Shown piece by piece: positions 1 through 8,307 of a DNA stretch of 36,885 nt. A model generated the notes under the pieces. It worked only from the letters and a program-made list of their open reading frames with translations. It was not told the origin of the DNA and did not search any database. How positions within the stretch are numbered: position 1 is the stretch's first letter; each line of letters starts with the position of its first letter. The DNA comes from Candidatus Aenigmatarchaeota archaeon (lineage in GTDB: Archaea > Aenigmatarchaeota > Aenigmatarchaeia > GW2011-AR5), in the NCBI GenBank assembly GCA_043799385.1, contig JAZDNV010000013.1, positions 1 through 36,885 of the forward strand, written 5' to 3'. Position numbers and translations under genes: made by a program.

Positions 1-253
1 TAAAATGGATGAGTTAGGAATTGACATTAATTTAAAAGACAAGTTATTACACATAATTGTAAGTCATCATGGAAAAAATGATTTTGGTTCTCCAAAAGAA
101 CCAATGTTTCCAGAGGCTGTTGCTGTTTACTATGCTGATGAGCTTAGTTCTAAATTGGCAGAAATAATAGAGTATATTGAAGATAATAAGAACGAAATTG
201 AAGATGATTTCAAATACCATATTAAGAGAAATAGATACATTTTCCTAAGATAA
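1..253 (+). CDS. HD-domain 3'-5' exoribonuclease YhaM-like protein, C-terminal part (runs in from the window edge)
   Basis: LLHIIVSHHG...GSPKEPMFPEAVAVYYADELSS matches the C-terminal motifs of the YhaM/Cbf1 HD domain; the frame is open to the window start. Confidence 0.8.
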   Translation, partial: KMDELGIDINLKDKLLHIIVSHHGKNDFGSPKEPMFPEAVAVYYADELSSKLAEIIEYIEDNKNEIEDDFKYHIKRNRYIFLR

Positions 254-320
254 TGCGATTGCAGAGTGCCCTTCCAACCCTTAAAAACCTATATTAATTA
301 CCCAGAGCCATATTATTTTT

Positions 321-589
321 ATGATTGAAGTCTTCGTCGCCGGGTTCCTTGGCGGCGTTATACGCGGCCTTGTCGGCATAACAAAATATCTCACAGGTTC
401 GCCGTCGAAGAAGCGACGAATAAGGACGGATTACCTATGCCTGACGCTGCTGTCGTCCGGTGGATTGGGTTTACTCATGGGCTTTTCATTACCGATGACG
501 TGCGGTTCGCAATGCTCGCCGGTTATGCAGGCACGGACTTCATCGAGAACATGTTCAAGATAAAGATGAAGAAGCAGAACTGGGATTAG
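321..589 (+). pseudogene. Small membrane protein with a -1 frameshift (pseudogene or sequencing error)
   Basis: The first frame gives MIEVFVAGFLGGVIRGLVG...LGLLMG. From the T4 run at 483-486 the -1 frame gives FITDDVRFAMLAGYAGTDFIENMFKIKMKKQNWD*, with the stop at 587-589 just before the next ATG (591). Confidence 0.75.
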
Positions 590-590
590 A

Positions 591-1013
591 ATGCGGTTGA
601 TGCTTTTTCTGTTATTTCTATTCGCTTTTTCATCGATTGCCTTTGCTGACTTTTCTATAAACACATACGGAGAGTGCAGAGATTTCAATGTTGTGATATA
701 TTCTGAATCCACGCAATGCTTTGATGTTAAATTGGACGTAGATGGCACGATTCTTAGCGGTGATGAATGGAAGTCCACGTTCTTCTACGTAAACGATGCG
801 CTATGCGGCGGAATTGGAACGAAGAAACTGCACCTTTCTTCTGACCTGAACATGACTGGGATAGCTAAATTCCGAAGCAATGGAACGATTGTCGATGAGA
901 AGCCGTTTGCAATCGTTCAAAATTGTCCTGACACGAAGAACGAATTTTTCATCGCGGCGATAACGGTAGCGATTCTGCTTCTTGCTATAGTGCTGTTTTT
1001 CAGGAAGAAGTAG
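591..1013 (+). CDS. Secreted, C-terminally membrane-anchored hypothetical protein
   Basis: N-terminal signal peptide, several Cys, C-terminal TM helix followed by RKK. Confidence 0.75.
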   Translation: MRLMLFLLFLFAFSSIAFADFSINTYGECRDFNVVIYSESTQCFDVKLDVDGTILSGDEWKSTFFYVNDALCGGIGTKKLHLSSDLNMTGIAKFRSNGTIVDEKPFAIVQNCPDTKNEFFIAAITVAILLLAIVLFFRKK

Positions 1014-1380
1014 ATTTCTTTTTTGAGTTATGATTCTCTATCATGATGCCGTAATCTCCTTCTGGCGGCTTATGAAAATTCGGGTTGTAGACAGCCACGT
1101 CGAGAATTACAGATGGATAATGCCTATGCTTCTGCCATGACATGTGGAACAGAAATAAATCACAACGAAATTCAGGCAGATGCAGCTCTTCTTCTGATTG
1201 AGGCGGCATATAGCCTTCGCCGACAGCAACGTCCCAGCCGTGTTCTGCAAAATATTTGTTCAGTCTGCTGATCATGTATGACTTTCCTGCGTCCTGCGGT
1301 CCATGCACTGCAACGAGCACAGGATGTTCGCATTTCTCTATGCGATTTATTGCAACGCTCAATCCTTCTTCAATTTCCAT
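1000..1380 (-). CDS. Hypothetical protein with a Walker A-like motif
   Basis: VLVAVHGPQDAGKS (GxxxxGKS after a hydrophobic strand); only 126 aa. Confidence 0.6.
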   Translation of the reverse strand: MEIEEGLSVAINRIEKCEHPVLVAVHGPQDAGKSYMISRLNKYFAEHGWDVAVGEGYMPPQSEEELHLPEFRCDLFLFHMSWQKHRHYPSVILDVAVYNPNFHKPPEGDYGIMIENHNSKKKSTSS

Positions 1381-1427
1381 TATTCTAGGATGTAAGTTAA
1401 ATATAAAAATAAATCAGTAGGCAGTCG

Positions 1428-2183
1428 CTAGTATTTTACTGGTGGTTTCTTTGCATCCATGACTTTGTATAGAATCATGCCAGGCCATGCTGGAAGACGC
1501 TCGATATCATACGTATCAAACATGTCAAGCACAGGGTCGTCGAACCTGTGCAATCGTTCGATTCTTAGCCACTTGCCTGGCTCTCTCTCGTCCATGGTTC
1601 TGGCATTCCTTTGATGCACTTTTTCCGCGGACTGGGAAGCGATATGAAGCCTTTTCCATCCAAATACTTCCATTGGCTGCGAATATGCAACAGTTGCGCC
1701 TTCCTCGTAGCGTTCGCCTTTGATAGAAGGTATCAGTTCTTCCATCCTGCCAACTATGAAAACGTTGCTTAATTTCTCCAGCGAGCCGGACTGGGACTTT
1801 GCGGTTTTCACGTGGCCCTTGTATCTTGAAACGCCATCGCGGCTTCTTTCCAGCGCCGTGAGCACTTCATGCTCACTGGCATCTTGGAAGTAAAGATTGA
1901 CATCGAGAAACCTGGTTGGTCTGGAAAGCTGGTAGACCAAACTTCCGTAAATCCTTGCAGCATCCCTTACCTGCTCAGCTGTAAGAACGGAATTATCATA
2001 TCTGCTCTTCAGAATCCTGCCGTCGCTAGTTACAAGAACAGAGTGCACAACCGGATCATTGAGTGTTTCATTAAGCCATTTCTTGTTGTCCTGATAGAGC
2101 TGTTTGCACAACTCGTCGAATTCGATATGGCTAAGCTGGAAATATTCGTCTATTGACAACCCAGGCACTGCAAACTTTGTCAT
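1428..2183 (-). CDS. Hypothetical protein
   Basis: Long ORF; probable start MTKFAVPG at 2183 (ORF track extends it to 2255); no motif recognised. Confidence 0.6.
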   Translation of the reverse strand: MTKFAVPGLSIDEYFQLSHIEFDELCKQLYQDNKKWLNETLNDPVVHSVLVTSDGRILKSRYDNSVLTAEQVRDAARIYGSLVYQLSRPTRFLDVNLYFQDASEHEVLTALERSRDGVSRYKGHVKTAKSQSGSLEKLSNVFIVGRMEELIPSIKGERYEEGATVAYSQPMEVFGWKRLHIASQSAEKVHQRNARTMDEREPGKWLRIERLHRFDDPVLDMFDTYDIERLPAWPGMILYKVMDAKKPPVKY

Positions 2184-2274
2184 ATCCGAAAGGATGTCGG
2201 AAATATATTTAAACTGAACGCATTTTAAGAACTTTTCTAGAATCCTATGAAACATTCAGTTTAATGGTGTAATC

Positions 2275-2811
2275 ATGTATCGAGAAAATTCTGTAGAAGT
2301 GCCAATGCACTCAGGATTTCAGTCAGCTTCGCCCACGCTTATCTACACAGAAACCATTGCCACATGCCTTGGCCTCGGCTTTTACAGAAGGAAGACAAAG
2401 CAAGGCGCTCTATACCATATAGGCGGTGCTGAGGGTGTTTCAATAGATTCACTCAGGGAGGTTGTCGAGATGGAAGTCAGGCGTCTTTCATCCGGCATTG
2501 ACGTATGCTTTGTGAGCGGTTTTGCTACCTTGGACAAGGGAACCCAGAAGCAGATAAGAGATGCACAAAAAGAATCGCTCAGAATTTTGAGAAAGCACAG
2601 AAAAAGCTTCAGGGGAGAGATAGAAAAATACTTCTGCGAGATTCCTGGACAATACATAAAATATTTCGCGCTTGACTGCAAGTCAGGCAGGTTCGATGTC
2701 AGGAAGGACATTTTTCCGAAAGATGTATTGCATGATGCTGACACCCTTTCTGACGCTCTTTCTGCAAGACTGGGAAAAAACAAAGAAGAAAGTGGGCCCG
2801 GCAGGAATTGA
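2275..2811 (+). CDS. Divergent CheD-like (Cys-His deamidase fold) protein
   Basis: IYTETIATCLGLGFY...KQGALYHI resembles the CheD motif T-LGSC(V/I)...GGMxH; the 3' end overlaps tRNA-Val antisense. Confidence 0.5.
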   Translation: MYRENSVEVPMHSGFQSASPTLIYTETIATCLGLGFYRRKTKQGALYHIGGAEGVSIDSLREVVEMEVRRLSSGIDVCFVSGFATLDKGTQKQIRDAQKESLRILRKHRKSFRGEIEKYFCEIPGQYIKYFALDCKSGRFDVRKDIFPKDVLHDADTLSDALSARLGKNKEESGPGRN

Positions 2812-2898
2812 ACCGGCGACCTTCGCCAAGTTGCGACCTTCTTCGCGCATCCTAAAAGGTCACGTCAAGGCGACGTCATACCACTAGACTACGAGCCC
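2793..2898 (-). tRNA. tRNA-Val(GAC) with a 34-nt intron at 37/38 (intron 2829-2862)
   Basis: Acceptor GGGCTCG/CGGGCCC, anticodon stem TCGCC/GGCGA, loop TT-GAC-G|intron|T, T loop TTCAATT; BHB-like junction with intron helix GACCTT/AAGGTC. Confidence 0.92.
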
Positions 2899-2956
2899 AT
2901 CTCTTTACTCTATTTTTATACTAAATCTTTTTAAAAAACCACGCAAATACGTTATC

Positions 2957-3691
2957 ATGGACATTTTCTATCCAGTATTGCTGTCGCTTCTTGCTGGCAT
3001 GGCTACTGCGCTCGGTGCATTAATCGTATTTGTGTTCAAGCCGACGAAAAAATTCATCTCGATTAGCATAGGATTCGCCGGTGGAGTGATGATTACAATC
3101 GCATTGACGGGATTACTGACTGAGGCGATGAAGCTTAGCTTTCTTTCAGCGATTGTCGGTTTTGCAGGCGGCTCTTTGTTTATGCTCTTCGCGGATACGC
3201 TTGTTCCGCATATGAAATTCTCGATTTTTGAAAAGGGCGCTGTCAACAAAAGAATGTTCAAGACAGCTATGCTCATCGCACTCGGAATAGCGATACACAA
3301 CATGCCCGAGGGCTTCGCCGTTTCCGCTGGCTATAACTATCTGCCAGCGTTCGGTATTTTTATTGCAATAACACTGGCTTTGCACAATATCCCTGAAGGA
3401 ATCGCAGTCGCGTTGCCGCTAGTTGCGTCCAAGTGCTGCAGGCGAAGGGCATTTATGATAACTTTATTTTCTGGATTAGCCGAACCAGTAGGAGCGTTGA
3501 TAGGTATATTGCTTCTGTCAATGGCAGGAGGATTAGTGCCTCTCGGGCTCGCTTTTGCCGCAGGCGTGATGACTTACCTCACGGTCGATGAGATAATGCC
3601 GATGGCGCAAAAGTACGGCCATCCACATAGGATAGGGATCGGTTTCATTGCCGGATGCATCGTTTCTATGCTTGTCTCTACGATTGCTTAG
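2957..3691 (+). CDS. zupT: ZIP family metal transporter (ZupT/GufA type)
   Basis: Multi-TM protein with HNMPEG and LHNIPEG motifs, SGLAEP and AAGVM. Confidence 0.9.
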   Translation: MDIFYPVLLSLLAGMATALGALIVFVFKPTKKFISISIGFAGGVMITIALTGLLTEAMKLSFLSAIVGFAGGSLFMLFADTLVPHMKFSIFEKGAVNKRMFKTAMLIALGIAIHNMPEGFAVSAGYNYLPAFGIFIAITLALHNIPEGIAVALPLVASKCCRRRAFMITLFSGLAEPVGALIGILLLSMAGGLVPLGLAFAAGVMTYLTVDEIMPMAQKYGHPHRIGIGFIAGCIVSMLVSTIA

Positions 3692-3878
3692 CGTTCTTTA
3701 TGAAATTCTCTATGGAGCGGTCGTACGTTTTCTCGACGCTCTTAGAGAAAAAGCAGGCCGGCAATTCTTTGGATTTTAAGTGGTAGCGTATGCACTCGCA
3801 GCAAATTCCTTTTCGCGAACACGGTTCATATGTACAAGGACATTTTTCTTTATTCGCTTTTTCTTTGCATTCTTTCAT
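3678..3878 (-). CDS. Small Cys-rich conserved protein (DUF6485-like)
   Basis: [21 protein letters not shown]...LPACFF...TYDRS. Confidence 0.8.
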   Translation of the reverse strand: MKECKEKANKEKCPCTYEPCSRKGICCECIRYHLKSKELPACFFSKSVEKTYDRSIENFIKNAKQS

Positions 3879-3956
3879 TCTTTTTTCTTCGCAATGAAAA
3901 GTTAAAAAGTTAGTTTCTTAATTAGGGTTATGTAGGCTTTGTACAAAGCCTGGAAT

Positions 3957-4072
3957 GCACTAGTGGTCCAGTGGTAAGACCCGAGCTTCCCAATGAACTT
4001 CTTTTCTAAAGAAGTTCAATCAAGAAAAAAAGGAGATAGCTCGTGACCCGGGTTCGAGCCCCGGCTGGTGCA
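3957..4072 (+). tRNA. tRNA-Gly(CCC) with a 45-nt intron at 37/38 (intron 3993-4037)
   Basis: Acceptor GCACTAG/CTGGTGC, anticodon stem CGAGC/GCTCG, loop TT-CCC-A|intron|A, T arm CCGGG-TTCGAGC-CCCGG; central helix TTCC/GGAG. Confidence 0.92.
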
Positions 4073-4084
4073 TAGGTAAGATAA

Positions 4085-4159
4085 ATGTCAAAAAGATTTG
4101 TTGGATGCTGTGGCGCGTACTGTAAAACATGCAAAGCATTACTGCATTACTACTCGTAG
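4085..4159 (+). pseudogene. Truncated N-terminus of a Cys-rich DUF3795-like protein
   Basis: MSKRFVGCCGAYCKTCKALLHYYS* (24 aa) with AGGT upstream; it ends by running into the 3' end of the convergent ABC permease gene. Confidence 0.55.
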
Positions 4160-5388
4160 CGCAGTGCGTCGACCGGTTTTAGTTTGCTGGCGCGATAGGC
4201 TGGTATTACTCCTGATATCACTCCTGTGAGAATCGCGATGGTCATGCCAAGCACCCATAGTTCTGGCGTGACAAGACCGCTCATGCTCATCCTGCCCTGG
4301 CCAAGGGAGATGAAGGGAGCGACCATCGAACCTAGGATAACGCCAAGTATTCCTCCGACAACGCCTACCAGAATAGAATTCAGGATAAATATCGCAAGTA
4401 TATCACGGTTCATCGCTCCTATTGATTTCATTATGCCTATCTCGTGCGTTTTTTCCAGCACGGTCGTGAACATCGTATTCGCTATGCCCACTGCGCCGAC
4501 TATCAGCGATACGGCTGCGATGGCCGTAAGGAATAGCGTCATCGATGACATCGTCTCACTGACCGTCTCCTGCATCGCTTTTGACGATGTGACCGTATAA
4601 TCCTTTGCCTTTTCAGTGACGTGCCTCGAAAGCATCAGCTTTTCATCAATGGCCGTTGTTGTTTGTTCAACGATATCTGAATTTTCAACGTTAACTATTA
4701 TCGAATCGAATGCGGTCTGGCTCATGTCTTCTAGTGTATTCCGCGCTGCATCAATGGGCATTATTATCGTGTTGTCGCCGCCGCCCATGGCGCCGCTCTC
4801 CTTTAGAATTCCAACAATCTTGAAGCTCTTTCCTTCTATTGTTATTATTCTATTCAGCACCAGCGGCTGCTTGAACGTGCTCTCTGCCAGGCGGCTTCCT
4901 ATTATAACGACGTCGTAGTCGGACGGACCAAAGAGGCGGCCTGACGAAAGCTCTGAGGTCGTGGTCTTGCTCCACACCATCGGATCGACACCCTCTATCG
5001 AAGCAGTAACTTTCTCGCTGAGATAATAAACCTCACCCCTGCCTGATACTGTTCCCTGAATATATTTGATATTATCAACAGTTTTTATGACCTGCATATC
5101 CTTTATCGTAAGATTCTTGCTGCTGCTCTGTGTACTGCCAGGCGAACCATCACGACTGCCGCCGATGAAAACCCCGAATGCACGTGACGAGCCTGGCGAT
5201 ATCGTTATCACGTCTGCTCCGAGGCCGCTTAATCTGCTCGACAGCTCACTCTGCATTCCCGAGCCAAGAGAGATTATCGCCACCACTGCAGCTACGCCAA
5301 TGACTATGCCCAATATCGTAAGCCAGCTGCGCAGCTTGCTATGAAAAAGAATATTCACGGCAAGCTGAAACGACTTCTGCAACCTCAT
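4150..5388 (-). CDS. ABC transporter permease, MacB/FtsX family
   Basis: RSWLTILGIVIGVAAVV, a large extracellular loop, VGAVGIANTMFTTVLEKTHEIGIMKSIGA and PAYRASKLKPVDALRYE. Confidence 0.95.
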   Translation of the reverse strand: MRLQKSFQLAVNILFHSKLRSWLTILGIVIGVAAVVAIISLGSGMQSELSSRLSGLGADVITISPGSSRAFGVFIGGSRDGSPGSTQSSSKNLTIKDMQVIKTVDNIKYIQGTVSGRGEVYYLSEKVTASIEGVDPMVWSKTTTSELSSGRLFGPSDYDVVIIGSRLAESTFKQPLVLNRIITIEGKSFKIVGILKESGAMGGGDNTIIMPIDAARNTLEDMSQTAFDSIIVNVENSDIVEQTTTAIDEKLMLSRHVTEKAKDYTVTSSKAMQETVSETMSSMTLFLTAIAAVSLIVGAVGIANTMFTTVLEKTHEIGIMKSIGAMNRDILAIFILNSILVGVVGGILGVILGSMVAPFISLGQGRMSMSGLVTPELWVLGMTIAILTGVISGVIPAYRASKLKPVDALRYE

Positions 5389-5389
5389 T

Positions 5390-6682
5390 CTAGCGCCTCT
5401 TCTTCATCTTTCCTATAATTTGCTTTAGTTTTTCGCGCTTTTTGTAGCAGACGAAACCGACTACGATCAACGCGAGCAGGATGTATGGCGTAAGATCGGT
5501 CTGTGTTCTCTGGCCAAATCCCTGCCCAACCACAAAGGTACTGTTTGTTGAAGAACGGAAGTTTATCGCAACGTCCTTTTCAACAGAATGGCGAACGCCG
5601 GTTGTGTCCGTGTACTCAACAAGGACTTTCAGGTTGTTGTTCTGCGTATTCTGATCGGGCATTGTTGCGTTCATCTGCTGCTGACGTGGTATTGTCCTGT
5701 TGCCGGACATCATTCCTGCCTGAGTTATCTGGAACGAAACAATTGTATAATCGCCCTTGTCGAGATTACCTATTATCGACGATGTGCTTCCGCTCACCAT
5801 GAAATTATTCTGTTCAGGTATTCTCACCGTTACGGACATCGCGGGATTATTGCCCGTATTGGCGACCGAAAGCGATGTTTGGCCTGCGGTGCTCTCGGAA
5901 AATGTAACGTCGAAATCCGTCTCCCCGCCGACGAAAACGCCTGCCTCTGTATTCATTTCCTGCGTTGAGCCGCTCTCTGTCTCGTACTTTAGGTTGAGAT
6001 TAAGCCTGTATAATCCTGGGTCTGCGTTCACGTTTGCAACAACGGTGTATGTTAAATCAACGGAATCGTTAACGTCTATCTTCTTGATGTATTTCGTATC
6101 ATCTGAATACACCGGAAGAATAACGCTGTCCTCCTCGTTCCAGGAGAAGACCAGATTTCTCAGCAGCGAATTGCCCACGTTCGTTATCGTGAATGTCAGC
6201 GGCGTCTCCTCACCGGGCATTATTTTTGCCTTGTCGATGTATATTATCTGCGCGAACTCAGTTCCGGTAACGCTCACGTTGAATTTCTTCGTTACTGTCA
6301 GGCCGGAATACGTTTCCTTCAGCTCGATCTGGTTCTCTCCCTGTATTGCGTTGCTGTCCACGCTGACACGATACTTTATTATTATCGCATCCACGCCCTG
6401 TTGGTATCCTTTTATTGTGGATACGTCAGTAACGTAATTCTCGCCGGAAATCTTTGCGAAGGGATATTTCGGAACCAGTTCGAACTGGACGTTATTGGCA
6501 TCCTTTCCGCCGAGATTCTGGACCATGAAACGAAGCTCGACTGTATCGCCGGATCCGGCCGGATCAGGATTCTGGCTTATCAGCGAAGCATCAATATACG
6601 TCGTAGTCTCGTCATACATCACTGCATTCGATATTCCGATAACAAACAAAAGCGCAGTGCATATCAATATTTTTTTATTCAT
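5390..6682 (-). CDS. COG1361 S-layer-domain surface protein
   Basis: Signal peptide, QNPDPAGSGD, repeated Ig-like units (NVGN, NTGN, IGNL) and a C-terminal TM with basic tail; sits in the typical position within an ABC operon. Confidence 0.85.
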   Translation of the reverse strand: MNKKILICTALLFVIGISNAVMYDETTTYIDASLISQNPDPAGSGDTVELRFMVQNLGGKDANNVQFELVPKYPFAKISGENYVTDVSTIKGYQQGVDAIIIKYRVSVDSNAIQGENQIELKETYSGLTVTKKFNVSVTGTEFAQIIYIDKAKIMPGEETPLTFTITNVGNSLLRNLVFSWNEEDSVILPVYSDDTKYIKKIDVNDSVDLTYTVVANVNADPGLYRLNLNLKYETESGSTQEMNTEAGVFVGGETDFDVTFSESTAGQTSLSVANTGNNPAMSVTVRIPEQNNFMVSGSTSSIIGNLDKGDYTIVSFQITQAGMMSGNRTIPRQQQMNATMPDQNTQNNNLKVLVEYTDTTGVRHSVEKDVAINFRSSTNSTFVVGQGFGQRTQTDLTPYILLALIVVGFVCYKKREKLKQIIGKMKKRR

Positions 6683-7385
6683 CTTTCAACACCTCTTTTT
6701 TATTTTCTATTCTTTCTATCTGACCGTCCTTCATGCGGACGATCCTCTGTGCGCGGCTCGCCAGCTCAAGGCTGTGCGTAACCATGATTATAGTCTTGGA
6801 ATCTTCCTCGTGGATTCTTGCCAAAAAATCCATGATGAAATCTCCTGTCTTGCTATCCAGATTTCCGGTCGGTTCGTCTGCAAGAATCACATCCGGGTCG
6901 ACGACCAGCGCACGAGCGATGGCAACTCGCTGCATCTGGCCTCCTGACAGCTGCGACGGACGGTGATTAATCCTGTCCTTTAATCCAACAACATCGAGCA
7001 TAGCAACCGCCTTCTTTCTTGCCGTTGCGGAATCAACATTCTGGAATTCAAGCGGAAGCATAACGTTCTCCACGGCAGTGAGCGTTGGTATAAGATTGAA
7101 CTGCTGGAATATGAATCCTATCTTTTTCCCGCGGATCTGTGCGAGCCTTGATTCATCTATGGTCTCTATATTCCTGTCGTCAAGGAAAATCTCTCCCCTG
7201 CTTGCCATGTCAAGGCAACCGACGAGATTCATCATCGTGCTCTTTCCGCTGCCGCTCGGACCGACGATGGCGATGAACTCGCCTTGCTGGATTTCGAGAT
7301 TGATTCCGCACAGCGCAGAAACCTCGACCTCGCCCATCCTGTAATTCTTCCATACGTTCTTCAGTTTTATTATTGATTTTGCCAT
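6675..7385 (-). CDS. ABC transporter ATP-binding protein (LolD/MacB type)
   Basis: [38 protein letters not shown]. Confidence 0.96.
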   Translation of the reverse strand: MAKSIIKLKNVWKNYRMGEVEVSALCGINLEIQQGEFIAIVGPSGSGKSTMMNLVGCLDMASRGEIFLDDRNIETIDESRLAQIRGKKIGFIFQQFNLIPTLTAVENVMLPLEFQNVDSATARKKAVAMLDVVGLKDRINHRPSQLSGGQMQRVAIARALVVDPDVILADEPTGNLDSKTGDFIMDFLARIHEEDSKTIIMVTHSLELASRAQRIVRMKDGQIERIENKKEVLKDE

Positions 7386-7387
7386 AA

Positions 7388-7564
7388 TTAACCGCCAGGT
7401 GGATTGAAATGCCTTGTCGCATTAGTAAAGTTCTCAGGCCTCATGAATTCTCTGAAGCCATAAGGCCGTATAATACCTGAACTCATCAAAAGATAAAACA
7501 ACAAAATCCCTATTGCAATCCCGATGACTATTCCTATGAGGATATACTTTGTTTTCTTATCCAT
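7388..7564 (-). CDS. Small single-TM protein (58 aa), first gene of the ABC operon; not in the ORF track
   Basis: Hand translation MDKKTKYILIGIVIGIAIGILLFYLLMSSGIIRPYGFREFMRPENFTNATRHFNPPGG*; the stop is 2 nt before the ATPase start. Confidence 0.75.
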   Translation of the reverse strand: MDKKTKYILIGIVIGIAIGILLFYLLMSSGIIRPYGFREFMRPENFTNATRHFNPPGG

Positions 7565-7583
7565 ACTAACAACATTCAGTATA

Positions 7584-7653
7584 GTTTCATAGTTATGAAA
7601 CCGTATATAAAGGGTATATGAAACCGTATTGTTGGTTTCAAAAAAATGAAACC
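7584..7653. promoter_or_regulatory. Operator array in the divergent promoter: two GTTTCA-N6-TGAAAC palindromes plus an extra half-site
   Basis: GTTTCA-TAGTTA-TGAAAC (7584-7601), GGTTTCA-AAAAAA-TGAAACC (7634-7653), and direct repeat TATGAAACCGTAT at 7594 and 7617. Confidence 0.7.
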
Positions 7654-7691
7654 ATAGAAGGTTTTATAAGGTGTGTGCATTTAATAGTAAT

Positions 7692-8306
7692 ATGAAATCC
7701 ATAGGGAAGAAATGGCTACTGTTAATATCTATACCGGCAATAATCGGATTCGTAGTAATATTCTTCTTCAACATAACATCAGAAAGAGCTGAAAACAGAA
7801 TGCCTGTTTTCAGTGATAATGAATCCAGATTCACTTCAAATATGACTAATCAAACGATACCGCCGCCGTTTTTCAGGACAGAATACAGGCAGATCCCGAT
7901 GCACTGGATAATATTGTCTCCGATACTGCTGATGATAGGAATCATCTCAATATCCTATTATTTCATATCAAAAAGCCTGGAAGACAAACTGGAAAATAAC
8001 CTGAAGTTCATATCGAAAATACTTAACAAGAATACTGTCATGAAAAGAAATGCCAAAAACAGCGACAACGCCAATATAATATTAAAATTTCTGAGCCCTT
8101 CTGAAAGGAAAGTTCTGCAGAAGCTGACTAATGAAAAAGGCGTTGCATTGCAGGCAGAGATAAGCCGCATGGAAGGGATGGACAAGCTGAAAACGCACCG
8201 TGTTGTCAAGGATCTGGAAATGAAAGGCATAATCAAAACCGAGTCATACGGAAAGACTAGGAGAATCATACTTTCGAATGAAATCAAAGATTTCATGAAG
8301 AGTTAG
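7692..8306 (+). CDS. Membrane-anchored winged-helix (MarR-like) transcriptional regulator
   Basis: Two TM segments, then LSPSERKVL...QAEISRMEGMDKLKTHRVVKDLEMKGII...GKTRRI; start taken at ATG 7692. Confidence 0.85.
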   Translation: MKSIGKKWLLLISIPAIIGFVVIFFFNITSERAENRMPVFSDNESRFTSNMTNQTIPPPFFRTEYRQIPMHWIILSPILLMIGIISISYYFISKSLEDKLENNLKFISKILNKNTVMKRNAKNSDNANIILKFLSPSERKVLQKLTNEKGVALQAEISRMEGMDKLKTHRVVKDLEMKGIIKTESYGKTRRIILSNEIKDFMKS

Positions 8307-8307
8307 C

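Noticed and set aside
1..2898. Integrated provirus or plasmid at tRNA-Val
   Set aside because: No integrase, att duplication or viral hallmark gene is visible within the window
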